This document shows positions 24,201-33,733 of a DNA stretch of 64,000 nt, piece by piece; the first letter of the stretch is position 1; each line of letters opens with the position of its first letter. This DNA is from Mayamaea pseudoterrestris (lineage: Eukaryota): the NCBI GenBank assembly GCA_027923505.1, contig BROI01000027.1, positions 124,001 through 188,000 of the forward strand, written 5' to 3'. A program made the translations under genes and the position numbers. The notes under the pieces are model-generated. The model saw only the letters and a list, made by a program, of their open reading frames with translations, was not told the DNA's origin and did not search any database.

Positions 24201-25765
24201 TCATTCGCAACTTCAGCCATAGCTGATCCATGCATGAATGTTGCGCAATCACTCGCATCGACCGATGACTGAAAGGACGAATTAAAGGTGCTTGCGAAAA
24301 TGGAGTCGGGACTTAGCATGCCCTTTGGCAAATCATCCTTCATCGTGGCATACCTTGGCGGAGGCGTCAAAACATCCAACGTTGCGGGAGATGGGCAAAA
24401 TACTGGGTCGGGAGTAACGTTGGAGGATGCCATGCTAGTTGTCGTGACACCTGGCGGTCGAAAAACGTAGCGTTGAATCTGAGGCGGTGACAACATGTCG
24501 GAAGCGATTCCAGGCTTTGCAAAGTTTACATTGCGAGTGGGCATTTGTGACGACAGTGCCGGCAGCGAAAGTGAATTGCGGAATGGATTACCATCGTATC
24601 CTGCTTGTGCTTGATGGAATCGCTGCTTGACTGCCTCGGACGACAATGGCTGGTCCAAGGCAATCTCCACTCCAACTGATGATATACTGCGCGATGGTTC
24701 ATTTGAATTATCGTCGCTCGAAAGAAACTTTGCTTGCATTCTTTGGACATGCTGACCCAATCTGCCTACCGATTTCGTAGCTGAAATGGATACGGCATGA
24801 CCTTCGGGCAAAACGTGTAACCTGGTCGCTGATTGCTCCTGTTGATTGAAGTATTGTTTCTGCCCCTGGGACGACACAACGTCATCATTTGAGTCTACAC
24901 TTGTTGCATCTAAATACTCCTTTCCATGTTTTAAGTGATACGGCTCGTCAACATGGTGTTGCTGCCTGCGACGAAGCTTCCGTCGCGCCACAGCCGTCAC
25001 TGCCTCATTTTCCACCAAGGCATCCAATCGATCATGCTCGCGTTGGAGCTGCACCTGCATTTGCTCAATGCGTCGGAGCGCCAAGTCAATGGCTCGGTTC
25101 GTGGCAACGTGAGTGGATGCCTGCGTTGATGGACAATGGGTATAGGCTGCTTCGGATCGATTTGTCGTTGTAAACCTAGCAGCATTGTCGAGTCTCACAG
25201 AGCTGGGAAAACGTAGCTCATCGAGCGATTGATCGTTATAGCTAGTGTCGTTGCCTTGTTGAAACAATTGTCGAATGGGAGCATGTCCAAGGATCGTATC
25301 CTTCAGTTGATTGCTGACATTGTCGCGTTCTCTAATGTGATGCGCGTCAATGACGACGGAATCCTCCACTATCCGTGAAAGATTTGAAGTGGACGCCTTT
25401 TGAAACTCTACTTTGCTAGTCGAACGACTTGGACTGATGGTTTGCTCACTGCCGGGGTTTAATTGATGGTTGCTTCGCAGATTTTGTTGTTGTTGCTGAC
25501 TGTAAATTCCTTGCTGCTGTCGAAAATGCCCTTGCCGCAGGCTTTCCGGCGTCAGAACATCGGGACTCTTGGATGGAGACAATGACATGTCACTTAGTAT
25601 ACTCTGGTCATATGTTGGATCCGTTTTGTTAGACTTTGTCGCACTGTGAGGTGAGGAAGATTGATGCTCGCGTTGAGTCGTCGCCTGCTTCCTTCGCATT
25701 TCCAATGCCGCCGCACGCTTTCGCTTCCAAAGCCGGTTCTCCAGCAGCCTCGATAAACTGTTCAT
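21260..25765 (-). CDS. Large Ser-rich, probably disordered hypothetical protein (1501 aa)
   Basis: Uninterrupted 4.5-kb ORF with short coiled-coil stretches. No domain recognised. Confidence 0.75.
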   Translation of the reverse strand: MNSLSRLLENRLWKRKRAAALEMRRKQATTQREHQSSSPHSATKSNKTDPTYDQSILSDMSLSPSKSPDVLTPESLRQGHFRQQQGIYSQQQQQNLRSNHQLNPGSEQTISPSRSTSKVEFQKASTSNLSRIVEDSVVIDAHHIRERDNVSNQLKDTILGHAPIRQLFQQGNDTSYNDQSLDELRFPSSVRLDNAARFTTTNRSEAAYTHCPSTQASTHVATNRAIDLALRRIEQMQVQLQREHDRLDALVENEAVTAVARRKLRRRQQHHVDEPYHLKHGKEYLDATSVDSNDDVVSSQGQKQYFNQQEQSATRLHVLPEGHAVSISATKSVGRLGQHVQRMQAKFLSSDDNSNEPSRSISSVGVEIALDQPLSSEAVKQRFHQAQAGYDGNPFRNSLSLPALSSQMPTRNVNFAKPGIASDMLSPPQIQRYVFRPPGVTTTSMASSNVTPDPVFCPSPATLDVLTPPPRYATMKDDLPKGMLSPDSIFASTFNSSFQSSVDASDCATFMHGSAMAEVANDETSKNRFSLPSQLFNNASSLPVSGSLASRSNQNQSTDAKSRPTPAQIYLAALAEKQSTKAKVLEKSNLLAAQHLQPKIAQADCVDSEKHIDVQSIKTALENKQAAAGLVEEKNEGDDDVSVKSLREIYDAQPCPKPSVVRLMRAKFDQKPKAAEPCRQFQQTVLKFGSVAVKRPATKVAKEISVEMKVIASDEKQSAGEAGSATEMEQISDIPFSIKDRIQTFEISARDPSVGTPRNTKSRGKLGDQISAVMARSWTDDPSGFSNETTKSSAQTWLGAVGLADKNAGKATRPSLPQRSGIEVYRDSVAKSFAKTGWDNKEKDILATHNLQKNAPITVVGYRQARRPVGSQSLRALDLTADAQNVHKQLLHAKALHDESIAATSFINLQKLSRVETQSANTKSAARLICDGGSMHDTAASKSLESEQREANPKAIGDECTGYETNNCAGDCSRLQRNKGILVDTQPEVHEGISMMIAKNSDAPCIVRPTPMKQVPVSAMSTTEIHSAVIVPSFRPVSAAISDTSLSRYSNSSLTMIASLLKFSNKARMAAKHDTSPPARLWRSAKGTTRCADTRVDDAQNSAKPIITRAVPRAMAATFLVSKQADDHHSYNCEQKRPKCSPDFANEEKKDDGIDGSRSFDGSSDGVTLDLSIADVSILTTPTALISKAEENQGYVDDSSKTSSSAYVSDRGGDESSSQLSEAAIPLLARDNRDHVLLDEYSGSAHGFFVRSANKTSGWDAAPTTQNLDWDIFRMESLFPKSSDGLPKKKDIFDIDSDASTFAGAQSDGQSKTTERSRAITPTRSNRSVRLVPTTRRYSKKTLSSHLHNANVEARDDRQASGRGMVQEPAMTLTSHPTNGMYKKQSSSSGFPLSRTLREQAVRTSKLNSTLIDVSLNYHSCDRAITRPNSLSRFSDEHSKLMIRLRRLREARILRERTSYPTVYEAKTFGLNNWDMDDASKSTQSSTNFGGVAFNASLDLD

Positions 25766-26092
25766 GTCAGTATACTCTCTATCGCTGTATATATCTACAA
25801 CCTACTACTGCAGATTCTCGCATCGTACCAAGCCTGATCCTGAGATGATCCCACAGAAACGGAAGAGAGGCGCGGCGCACCAAAATGCATCCAACGCTCG
25901 CTCGCGCGCCGGTCGGTCGGTCACAGCTAAACGAGTACCGTTGCGTCACCGTCTTACGAGCCGCCACGTGACGAACGCCGCGACACTCTTTCGAACGAGC
26001 GTAAACGAGTTGAAGCAATACATTTGACTACACAAGTACCTTGCGATATTCGTAAATCTTCTTACAAACATACACACACGACGACATTAAGC

Positions 26093-26854
26093 ATGAAATT
26101 CAGTCGCAGCTGCGCCATTCTCCTGAGCCTACTGAGCGCCACTGCCATTTGCGCCCGTCACCATGGCAACCTTCCATTCGTCACTCCGCCATCACTTCAT
26201 CGCTCACTCCAGATTCGGGGCGGCATGCAACTATTCGTCAAGACATTGACAGGAAAGACGGTTTCGATTGAGGTTGAGGAAGGAGAATCAATTGAAGACG
26301 TCAAAGCCAAGATTGCCGAGAAGGAAGGCATTCCGCCCGAGCAGCAGCGGATTATCTTTGGAGGGCAGCAGCTACAGGATGGAAAGACGCTGGATGACTA
26401 CAATGTTGGCGATGATGCGACACTACATTTGGTATTGCGCCTGCGTGGTGGCGGCAATGCGCTTTTTGACAAGGTGATGGGACGCGGAGCGTTTGTTGTC
26501 GACGAAGACTTTGTCAAGAAGCATTTAATTGTTGTAAACAAGGATCGTGAATTGATGAACAAGTTTGTCGAAGTTGTTCGACAGCCAGCAGGCGAAAAGG
26601 TGGAGGAGTCTTCAAGCGTCTTTGTTCGCCGAGCACTCTTTCGCATTGGGGACGCGCCAAAGAGAATTGACAGTCCCATGGCGAATATCATTGAGAGCTC
26701 AACGGCACCAACCACCGCGGAGTTTGATTACCCCGGAACCCTGTTACCGACGGACGGAAAGGGAAAGAGTACCAAATTGACAAAAGTCTTTAAACGAAGG
26801 GACAATCAGAACAAGCTCTTTTCGGCGCTCCAGAGAATGAAGCTTGATCATTGA
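26093..26854 (+). CDS. Signal-peptide ubiquitin-like protein with C-terminal extension (probable periplastidal SELMA ubiquitin)
   Basis: Signal peptide plus transit-like peptide, 76-aa ubiquitin unit at 26225-26452 ([12 protein letters not shown]...LRLRGG) and a tail of about 130 aa. Confidence 0.88.
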   Translation: MKFSRSCAILLSLLSATAICARHHGNLPFVTPPSLHRSLQIRGGMQLFVKTLTGKTVSIEVEEGESIEDVKAKIAEKEGIPPEQQRIIFGGQQLQDGKTLDDYNVGDDATLHLVLRLRGGGNALFDKVMGRGAFVVDEDFVKKHLIVVNKDRELMNKFVEVVRQPAGEKVEESSSVFVRRALFRIGDAPKRIDSPMANIIESSTAPTTAEFDYPGTLLPTDGKGKSTKLTKVFKRRDNQNKLFSALQRMKLDH

Positions 26855-27132
26855 GGCCTGTCCGGCGAGTAGTGATTAACCCTTCGTTTTACAATAACAT
26901 ATCGCTGTGTTATTTATATATGCTGTTGTCATTGTGCGCACGAATCCAACCTGAATGGCAAGAAAGCTATCATTTTACTTGTACGATCATAATTGACATG
27001 GACAGCGGTCGATCCATCCATGGAACTGGAATGAGTTTGCGTCGCAGCGTCACATCCGTCATCGACCATGGCGCAATCGCCTCTATAGTCGTCATTCCAT
27101 CAATCCGTACGTGTTCAGATCCCGGTAATGCT

Positions 27133-28683
27133 ATGAGACACATCAATGTATTGAAAGCTGCATATAAAAGACGAGCACGTCTTTTGTCCCGGCCATTCTC
27201 TACTGTTGAAACCATCGCGGCTCCCGCCGACGACTCCGACATTGTCATCGTTGGAGGAGGCGTCATCGGCTGCGCCTTGGCGCGTTTGCTATCACTGCAT
27301 GCTCCATCGCTTTCTGTTACTGTTGTGGAATCTTCTTCTGGACCAAGAAAGGCACTGAGTAATGCTGCTTCGGCAACGACAGTAGAAAATGAGCTCCCTC
27401 ATGCACGATCCTACGCACTCTCGCCAGCCTCTTTGGAAATCCTTGGATTGCCATTAAGCAAATCTAAAACACTAGCAGCGCATTCAAGAACAGGCTACTA
27501 TCAATCCATGCAAGTATGGGAAGCCAAGCAGCCGGCGAGCCTTCTCTTTCGAGCGCAGGATATTCAAGCAAAACATCTTGGAGCAGTTGCGGAGGATGCG
27601 CATTTGCAAAGCATACTTTGGTCGCAACTTGATGCAAGTAGTTCCTGTAAGCTACTAACAGAGACGTCTGTCAGCAGCGTAACAACTCCGTCGGCCTTGC
27701 AGCATGGTTTGGTCAAAGTTGAACTGCAGCACAAGAATACAATTGGTGATAACAAAGACACGACTACATTACGGACTCGACTATTGGTCGCCGCCGACGG
27801 AGGCAATTCAGCAGTCCGAAGAATGACTGGCATTGGGACCAGCTCGTATGACTATGGACAAGCGGCGCTCACCTTTACCGTGGAACTTTCCCAGCCGCAT
27901 CAAGGTCGCGCCTACCAACGCTTCTTGACGAATGGTCCGCTGGCGTTGCTGCCGACATTTAGTGATCACCATGCCATTATTGTTTGGAGTACAACTCCTG
28001 AAATAGCCAAGCGATGGATTAACAAAGAGGAAGATGCTGCTGAGCTTGTGTCGCATCTGAACGAGCTGCTTCAGCAAGGACCGGAACTTTTGGATTCGCT
28101 CTGGCCTTCGGAGGAACAAACATCGCTTCCAATGCCATTTCGCAACATTCTATACGGCATGGAAAAGGTTTTGGAAACAATCCAATACGGACCAGCCATG
28201 GGTATCCAGGAGCTTCAAGCGCCGCACCGATTCGCGGCACCTCCACTAATTTCCAGCGTGGTTTCGCCGCGATTATCCTTTCCACTCAAGCTGCAGACGG
28301 CATCCTCCTACACGCTGCCTCGGTTGGCGTTGGCGGGTGATGCGGCACATTCAGTCCATCCCATGGCCGGCCAAGGGTTGAACTTGGGACTGCAGGATGT
28401 TGCGCAGCTTGTGCAAGTCGTCAAAAAGGCGACTGATGCTGGCATGGATCCAAGCACGTTTTTACATGAATACGAGAGCGGCCGAAAGGAGCAAGTAACA
28501 ATGACCGTTGGGGGAATACATGCGCTGCATCAAATGTTTCATCAGCAAAGCACGCTTGCCAAGCATGTCAAGAGTCTGGGCATGAACCTTGTACAAAGCG
28601 TGGGGCCTGTGAGGCAGCGACTAGTGCACGCGGCGTGCTGGGGAGCTGCGAGCGAGTCAAATGGCATGAATAGCGTCAGATAA
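27133..28683 (+). CDS. COQ6: Ubiquinone biosynthesis FAD monooxygenase
   Basis: DIVIVGGGVIG, MQVWE, LLVAADGGNSAVR, AYQRFLTNGPLALLP and GDAAHSVHPMAGQGLNLG, with an Arg-rich mitochondrial-type presequence from ATG 27133. Confidence 0.88.
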   Translation: MRHINVLKAAYKRRARLLSRPFSTVETIAAPADDSDIVIVGGGVIGCALARLLSLHAPSLSVTVVESSSGPRKALSNAASATTVENELPHARSYALSPASLEILGLPLSKSKTLAAHSRTGYYQSMQVWEAKQPASLLFRAQDIQAKHLGAVAEDAHLQSILWSQLDASSSCKLLTETSVSSVTTPSALQHGLVKVELQHKNTIGDNKDTTTLRTRLLVAADGGNSAVRRMTGIGTSSYDYGQAALTFTVELSQPHQGRAYQRFLTNGPLALLPTFSDHHAIIVWSTTPEIAKRWINKEEDAAELVSHLNELLQQGPELLDSLWPSEEQTSLPMPFRNILYGMEKVLETIQYGPAMGIQELQAPHRFAAPPLISSVVSPRLSFPLKLQTASSYTLPRLALAGDAAHSVHPMAGQGLNLGLQDVAQLVQVVKKATDAGMDPSTFLHEYESGRKEQVTMTVGGIHALHQMFHQQSTLAKHVKSLGMNLVQSVGPVRQRLVHAACWGAASESNGMNSVR

Positions 28684-28757
28684 TAATTACAAAGCGGCTA
28701 GTTACTAAGATAGTTAAGTATCAGTTATATCAATTGTAGCTTGCTAACTTCATTCAT

Positions 28758-29648
28758 TCAAACGTCGCTGTCATGCGCCGCATCTTTTACTGGCACTTGC
28801 TCATCACCATCATCAGACAATCGAAGCACTCCAAATACATCAAGAATACACTTGATGGGAACTGCATTCTGCGGCTGGATGATTGACTGACTCAAGGATG
28901 ACGCTGCAGCGGAATAGGGATCCGCAAGGGCAGCGCGAATGACATGGTAGTGGCACACAACGGCAATGCAATGGACGTTCGGCGGACAAAGGGATTCATC
29001 CAGCGCCAGCGAGTGATGCAGTAACTTTCGTACCTGGTCCCGCCGAACGACGCGGGGCGAAACGTCGTGGCGGCGAAACCACTTGGCGGGTGTCGATGGC
29101 GCCAGTGCTACGTCGCTGTGCAAATGACGCAGCGACTCGAACGAGTCGGAACGCGGAACGTTTTCGGGTACTTTGGAGCTGCCAATCTCGCGTAAGTCAT
29201 GATGTACTCGGATCGATTTATCTGGAAATGCGAGAATGGCCGTCTCCATGGCGCGAGCCAATGGACTGCAAATGATTAATTGAATTGAGTCGTAGACTTG
29301 CTTGCCGAGGATATCTGGAATTGCATGTGCTTGTTCAACTCCAAGTGGCGATAGTCGACAGTCTTGTAAAGCGGCATTGGTGAGTCGATCTTCCGGAGAG
29401 GCTGCTTGTCCAAGAGATTGGCCATGGCGAATGAGATAGATAGTCTTTGGCTCATCAAGTATGTGTTTCGTTGGTTCTTTGCGACGGCTCCGGCGGACGG
29501 ACGACAATGGAGTTCTTGCAGCGCCTTGAGTCGGCCTCGGCGGCGTCTGAAAAGACGTTGATCTGCTGTTTTGCGATTGTATAGGTTTTAATGGAGTCAC
29601 GTTGGTGCCCCTCTTTATTCCATGCTGCTGCAAGTGATCCTCATTCAT
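28758..29648 (-). CDS. Histidine phosphatase / phosphoglycerate mutase-like protein
   Basis: IYLIRHGQS, LSPLGVEQA, CSPLARAMET, LREI and IAVVCH. Confidence 0.88.
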   Translation of the reverse strand: MNEDHLQQHGIKRGTNVTPLKPIQSQNSRSTSFQTPPRPTQGAARTPLSSVRRSRRKEPTKHILDEPKTIYLIRHGQSLGQAASPEDRLTNAALQDCRLSPLGVEQAHAIPDILGKQVYDSIQLIICSPLARAMETAILAFPDKSIRVHHDLREIGSSKVPENVPRSDSFESLRHLHSDVALAPSTPAKWFRRHDVSPRVVRRDQVRKLLHHSLALDESLCPPNVHCIAVVCHYHVIRAALADPYSAAASSLSQSIIQPQNAVPIKCILDVFGVLRLSDDGDEQVPVKDAAHDSDV

Positions 29649-29899
29649 TGTTTGCTGTCTGGCAGGCAGTAGCTGCGCTACCCGTAAAAAGGATCTAGTT
29701 GCTTACGTTAAACCAAAAGCTTTCAGTCTCCTACTTGATACGCTTTTATAGACATAAGCTTTGACGACGAATGAAGCTCTTTTGATATGGTGAACCTTGA
29801 TTGCAACCGCAAGCAATGATGGATGATGAGTGGGCGTCGCCAAAGTTTGTCGCTGCGATCCCAATGCGACACAAACTTTGCATCGATGACTGTTTATTT

Positions 29900-29973
29900 T
29901 AGTGTAGTGCCAAAAACTTTGAAAATCAAAGTTTTTGGCACTGTGGATCGTAGTGTAGTGCCAAAAACTTTGA
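29900..29973. repeat. 17-bp perfect inverted repeat (29906-29922 / 29926-29942) plus 23-bp direct repeat (29900-29922 / 29951-29973)
   Basis: AGTGCCAAAAACTTTGA-aaa-TCAAAGTTTTTGGCACT, and TAGTGTAGTGCCAAAAACTTTGA occurs twice. Confidence 0.93.
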
Positions 29974-30081
29974 TACCGCTGCGAGTCTTAATCGCCGACT
30001 GACGTCTCGGCAGGCCATCAAAGATTCGTCTCGTCGTCCCTGCTACTTCCACTTCCACTTGCAACCAGATCTGAGTCTGCT

Positions 30082-32274
30082 ATGAATCAATTAAAGCAAG
30101 AAATACTTGTGCTATGGCCAGTTCTGCTTGCTTTACAAATAATCACCGCTGATGCCTGGACAACCTGTCGTCATTCACTGTCGATTCGATCATACTCGCC
30201 ATCTTTTCGTCGAGCTGTAGTTTCTTGTGCGGCACGACGCAAGAAACGAGATGATGACGATCTTTTTGACTGGTACGACTCGGTCGATGCTGATGCTACG
30301 CCGGAGGACGTGTTTTGGTCGGAAATGCAAAAGATGACTCTTTCGCGCGGTGCGACCAATGGCGACGCACCAACGCCGACATGGACATCGGCTGCTCAAG
30401 GACCAGCGCCAGCTCCAGAAGCAAATGCTGAATCCTTGCCATTAACTATACCTGCTACTATCGGAGTTACTGCGGCGCCAGCATTAGCACCAGGAACTCC
30501 CATGACTACCTCAGCATCGTCGTCAGCAGCCAGTCGATCTTCCTCCTCATCAATGCCTCCTCCGCCCATGGCATTGCCCATTCAGCAGCAACCTCGTCGA
30601 CAGAAAAGGGAACAACAAGGCCAAAACAATCTAAGAAGCGTCGACTCCATACTCTCCGAATATGCAGCCTTTGCCGTGGCCGACAATTGGCTCGACGATG
30701 ACTTGCGCGTCATAATGGACCAGCAAGCCAACAACGAATCCGACGGGGAGGCACTGGCGCTCGCGCAGCGCATGGAGGAGCAGGGAACAAACAGCGACAA
30801 TTTGGCCTACATGCTGCAGTCCGATGACCCTTGGGCGCAGTATGGCATGTCGGCTGAACAGGCCAAGGAGGATCGTATTGTGATTGATCCGAGTAAAAAT
30901 AAGGAAATTTGGTATGATCCAGAAACAGATGATGGAGTTGACGCTGCCAGGGAGGAAGCAGAAACGTTGGCGCGACTGTCAAACATAAAGGCTTCAAGTC
31001 CGAGCTTGGATCGAGCAAGAGACAATCCAAAAGCTAAGGCGTTCTTTCAGCGAGAGCCAAACTCTTTGGCAGGATGCGATCGAATGTGGGTCAGCGCCGT
31101 CGACAATGCTTGCTTTAGCAGTTTGCGCGGGTCATTTCGAAACTATGGTGTTGATTTCTGCTGCAATTTTGGCGACTTTGAGGATGGGTGTATAGAGGAC
31201 AAGCTTGTAACGATTGAAGACATGGCATCGTTCAAGGCACGCAAGGTTTATGAAGCCACGGGGCTGCCATGTCTTGCGACTCGTACATCCTTTGAGATTG
31301 AGCCAATTCCACAGTTTGACGCTGGTAAACGACCTCCCAACGCGCGAGTGGCATCCGGCTACCGATTCAATGACGTTGGAGCGCATGTTGACTATATTTG
31401 CGATGCCATGAAACTCTTCTCGGAACATTCGCGGGTGACGCAGTTCAAAACCTGCATGTGCTACTACGACGGCGAAATGGAGGTGTACGACTATGGCATT
31501 CTCGATTGCGATTTGATATTTGCGCATTCGCTGCGAACCTTTGTTCCCGTCGCTCAAGCGCAGCATGAAATGATCAAGACGCTTGAACTGACGTTCGGAC
31601 TTGAGTACATGCCCTGGCTAAACGCCAAACCGACTGATAGTCCTGCTAGCAACAAACCTACTGTTGGCGCCGCTAGTTTGAAACTCCGTGATCGAGTACT
31701 GAAGGAAGGCAAGGTACTGCCAAACAATATCGTCGATGTATCGGCGTTTATGGACTCGATGGTCGACGTGGACTTGATGGAAGATTGCGCCAAGGAGCTA
31801 TCGGAACGATGCATGACCTTGCAGCCTACCAAGATTTTGACAGTGGCTACAACCGGTCTAGTTATTGCGCTTCCTATGGGAAAGCATTTGAGTGTTGGTG
31901 TCGTGTACGCTCGAAAGGAGCGCAACATGGTCATGGCCGATACGTACCACGCAAGCTACTCCAGCAGGACGGTCGGAAAGAACCGCGAGCTGCTGGTCAG
32001 TACAAAGCACTTGGACGAGACGGATCGAGTATTAATCGTTGACGACTTTTTATCTAGTGGATCGTCACAGGAGGCCTTGTTGCGGATCGTGGCCGAATCT
32101 GGCGCCACTGCCGTCGGTGTTGCCGTTCTTTTAGAAAAGGTTTATGAAAGCGGCCGACAATCGCTAAGCGGCTACGATGTGCCGGTGTTTAGCGTTTGCA
32201 GAATAGCATCGGTGCAAGATGGAGTTATACAAATGTTGGAGGAGGAAGGATACATTCAAACAGCAGTCAGCTGA
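30082..32274 (+). CDS. Probable plastid protein: disordered N-terminus, degenerate Ham1/ITPase-like domain, xanthine phosphoribosyltransferase-like domain
   Basis: Signal peptide ending ADA-W. C-terminal LRDRVLKEGKVL..VSAFMDSMVD, VYARK and PRPP motif VLIVDDFLSSGSS resemble bacterial Xpt. Confidence 0.82.
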   Translation: MNQLKQEILVLWPVLLALQIITADAWTTCRHSLSIRSYSPSFRRAVVSCAARRKKRDDDDLFDWYDSVDADATPEDVFWSEMQKMTLSRGATNGDAPTPTWTSAAQGPAPAPEANAESLPLTIPATIGVTAAPALAPGTPMTTSASSSAASRSSSSSMPPPPMALPIQQQPRRQKREQQGQNNLRSVDSILSEYAAFAVADNWLDDDLRVIMDQQANNESDGEALALAQRMEEQGTNSDNLAYMLQSDDPWAQYGMSAEQAKEDRIVIDPSKNKEIWYDPETDDGVDAAREEAETLARLSNIKASSPSLDRARDNPKAKAFFQREPNSLAGCDRMWVSAVDNACFSSLRGSFRNYGVDFCCNFGDFEDGCIEDKLVTIEDMASFKARKVYEATGLPCLATRTSFEIEPIPQFDAGKRPPNARVASGYRFNDVGAHVDYICDAMKLFSEHSRVTQFKTCMCYYDGEMEVYDYGILDCDLIFAHSLRTFVPVAQAQHEMIKTLELTFGLEYMPWLNAKPTDSPASNKPTVGAASLKLRDRVLKEGKVLPNNIVDVSAFMDSMVDVDLMEDCAKELSERCMTLQPTKILTVATTGLVIALPMGKHLSVGVVYARKERNMVMADTYHASYSSRTVGKNRELLVSTKHLDETDRVLIVDDFLSSGSSQEALLRIVAESGATAVGVAVLLEKVYESGRQSLSGYDVPVFSVCRIASVQDGVIQMLEEEGYIQTAVS

Positions 32275-32387
32275 TGGAAATTAGAACGAGATTTATAACT
32301 CTATGTCAAACATTACTTTCGGCTTTCCAACTTCTGCGCATCCGCCAACCATTGTTTCTGCCGACATGAAGAAACTGCTCATTGCTT

Positions 32388-33490
32388 TCATGAGTCGAAT
32401 TCGTACAGTTCATCCGCCAGGCCCGTGACTCGCTTTAACAAGAAGAACAAGTAGCCCAGCAATACAATAATAACAACATTGAGAATTGGATCGCTGAGCC
32501 AAAACGGTTCTGTCGCAGCATTCTGGACATGCGCAGCAGCTGGTGCTGTTGCTGGTACTCGACCCGTCCGTCGAATCGGCGGTGTACGCTCGCCTGGTTG
32601 CTGATTGGTACGAGTTCCAGCAATTGCTCGACGACGTAATGTCTGCGCATTGGGTCTCTCTTCTTGTTCGTTGTCATTTGCTTGCTCTCTAGTATTCTCA
32701 GCTCCAGAAGTAGCCACAGCATTAGGTTTCGCATCATCTGCTGCTGCGACTGTAACGTCGTCCGACGTGACAGGTTCCTTTTGCTGCTGCAGCTGTTCCT
32801 GAATGTCTCTCTCTACTTCCTTGTCAACCTTGTGCTCCTGCTGCTGAAGCATTCGCAATGCTTCGATTTCTTTTTCAAATCGGCTCGACGACTTTGCCTT
32901 GACACTCGCCTTTGCCGCATTCGCTTGAATCTTGCTAACAATATCCGAAATTTTGCCACAGCATGGACAAGTATAATCTACACTCTTGGCCGCCAATCGC
33001 TTCCGCTCCTTGACACTCCAATCCAAGGCGCCAATGGCGCCATCCGCCGGCGTTGGCAAAAAGGAAATGAGCGCCTCCAAAATGAGACGCACTCCCCAGG
33101 CTGGCTGCCACAGTTCATTGTGAAAGGCGGTGAACGATAGACAAATTTTGGTATTTGTCGCAAAGCGCCCCGATGGAGTATTGAACAAAATGTGCGGCGG
33201 CTTCATGGGATAGTCGGGTGGTAGCAAAATGCGGCCGTGGTACCAGCCGCCGGCAAAATCGGTATCGTCGGCGCCGCGAATGGTAAAATGCCATTCCAGC
33301 ATGTCGGATTCAATGGCTGTGTGTAACGCGAATAAGAACAGTTAATAGAGTGAGAGATTACCATTCAACTATATCACTCCCTATATATCATCCATGGTTA
33401 CTTACGCGCGGCATAGTATTGATCGCTCGGATCAATGGAAAGTTCTCGAATGTCGGCTTGGATGCGGCGAAGGCAGGCGCTCTTGCTCAT
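32388..33490 (-). CDS. UBE2J1: ER-anchored ubiquitin-conjugating enzyme E2 J1/Ubc6 type; intron 33317-33405
   Basis: Exon 1 MSKSACLRRIQADIREL, then MLEWHFTIRG, YPMKPP, TPSGRF, KICLSF (active Cys), WQPAWG and a C-terminal TM anchor. Confidence 0.92.
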
Positions 33491-33733
33491 GATTCTTGCA
33501 AGTAATAATGCTGCTATATCTAAATGTCAAATGAAGAGTCTGTATGCTTATGTCAATTAAAATGCGAAAGCCCCAGCCTCGTCGTGTTCTAATGGAATCG
33601 GCGAGTGTGACTGGAATGTCATGGTGAAGCGGCGCGGCGGAAAAGTGACACGTGAAAGTCCTGTAGAAACGGTGCGACATTTCTGAAAAAACGCGCGACG
33701 GCGCCATTTTTCTTCACTCCACAAACATCCACC

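Noticed and set aside
26851..27132. Extended N-terminus of COQ6
   Set aside because: Starts at TTG overlapping the upstream stop and crosses its 3' UTR. ATG 27133 gives a sensible presequence.
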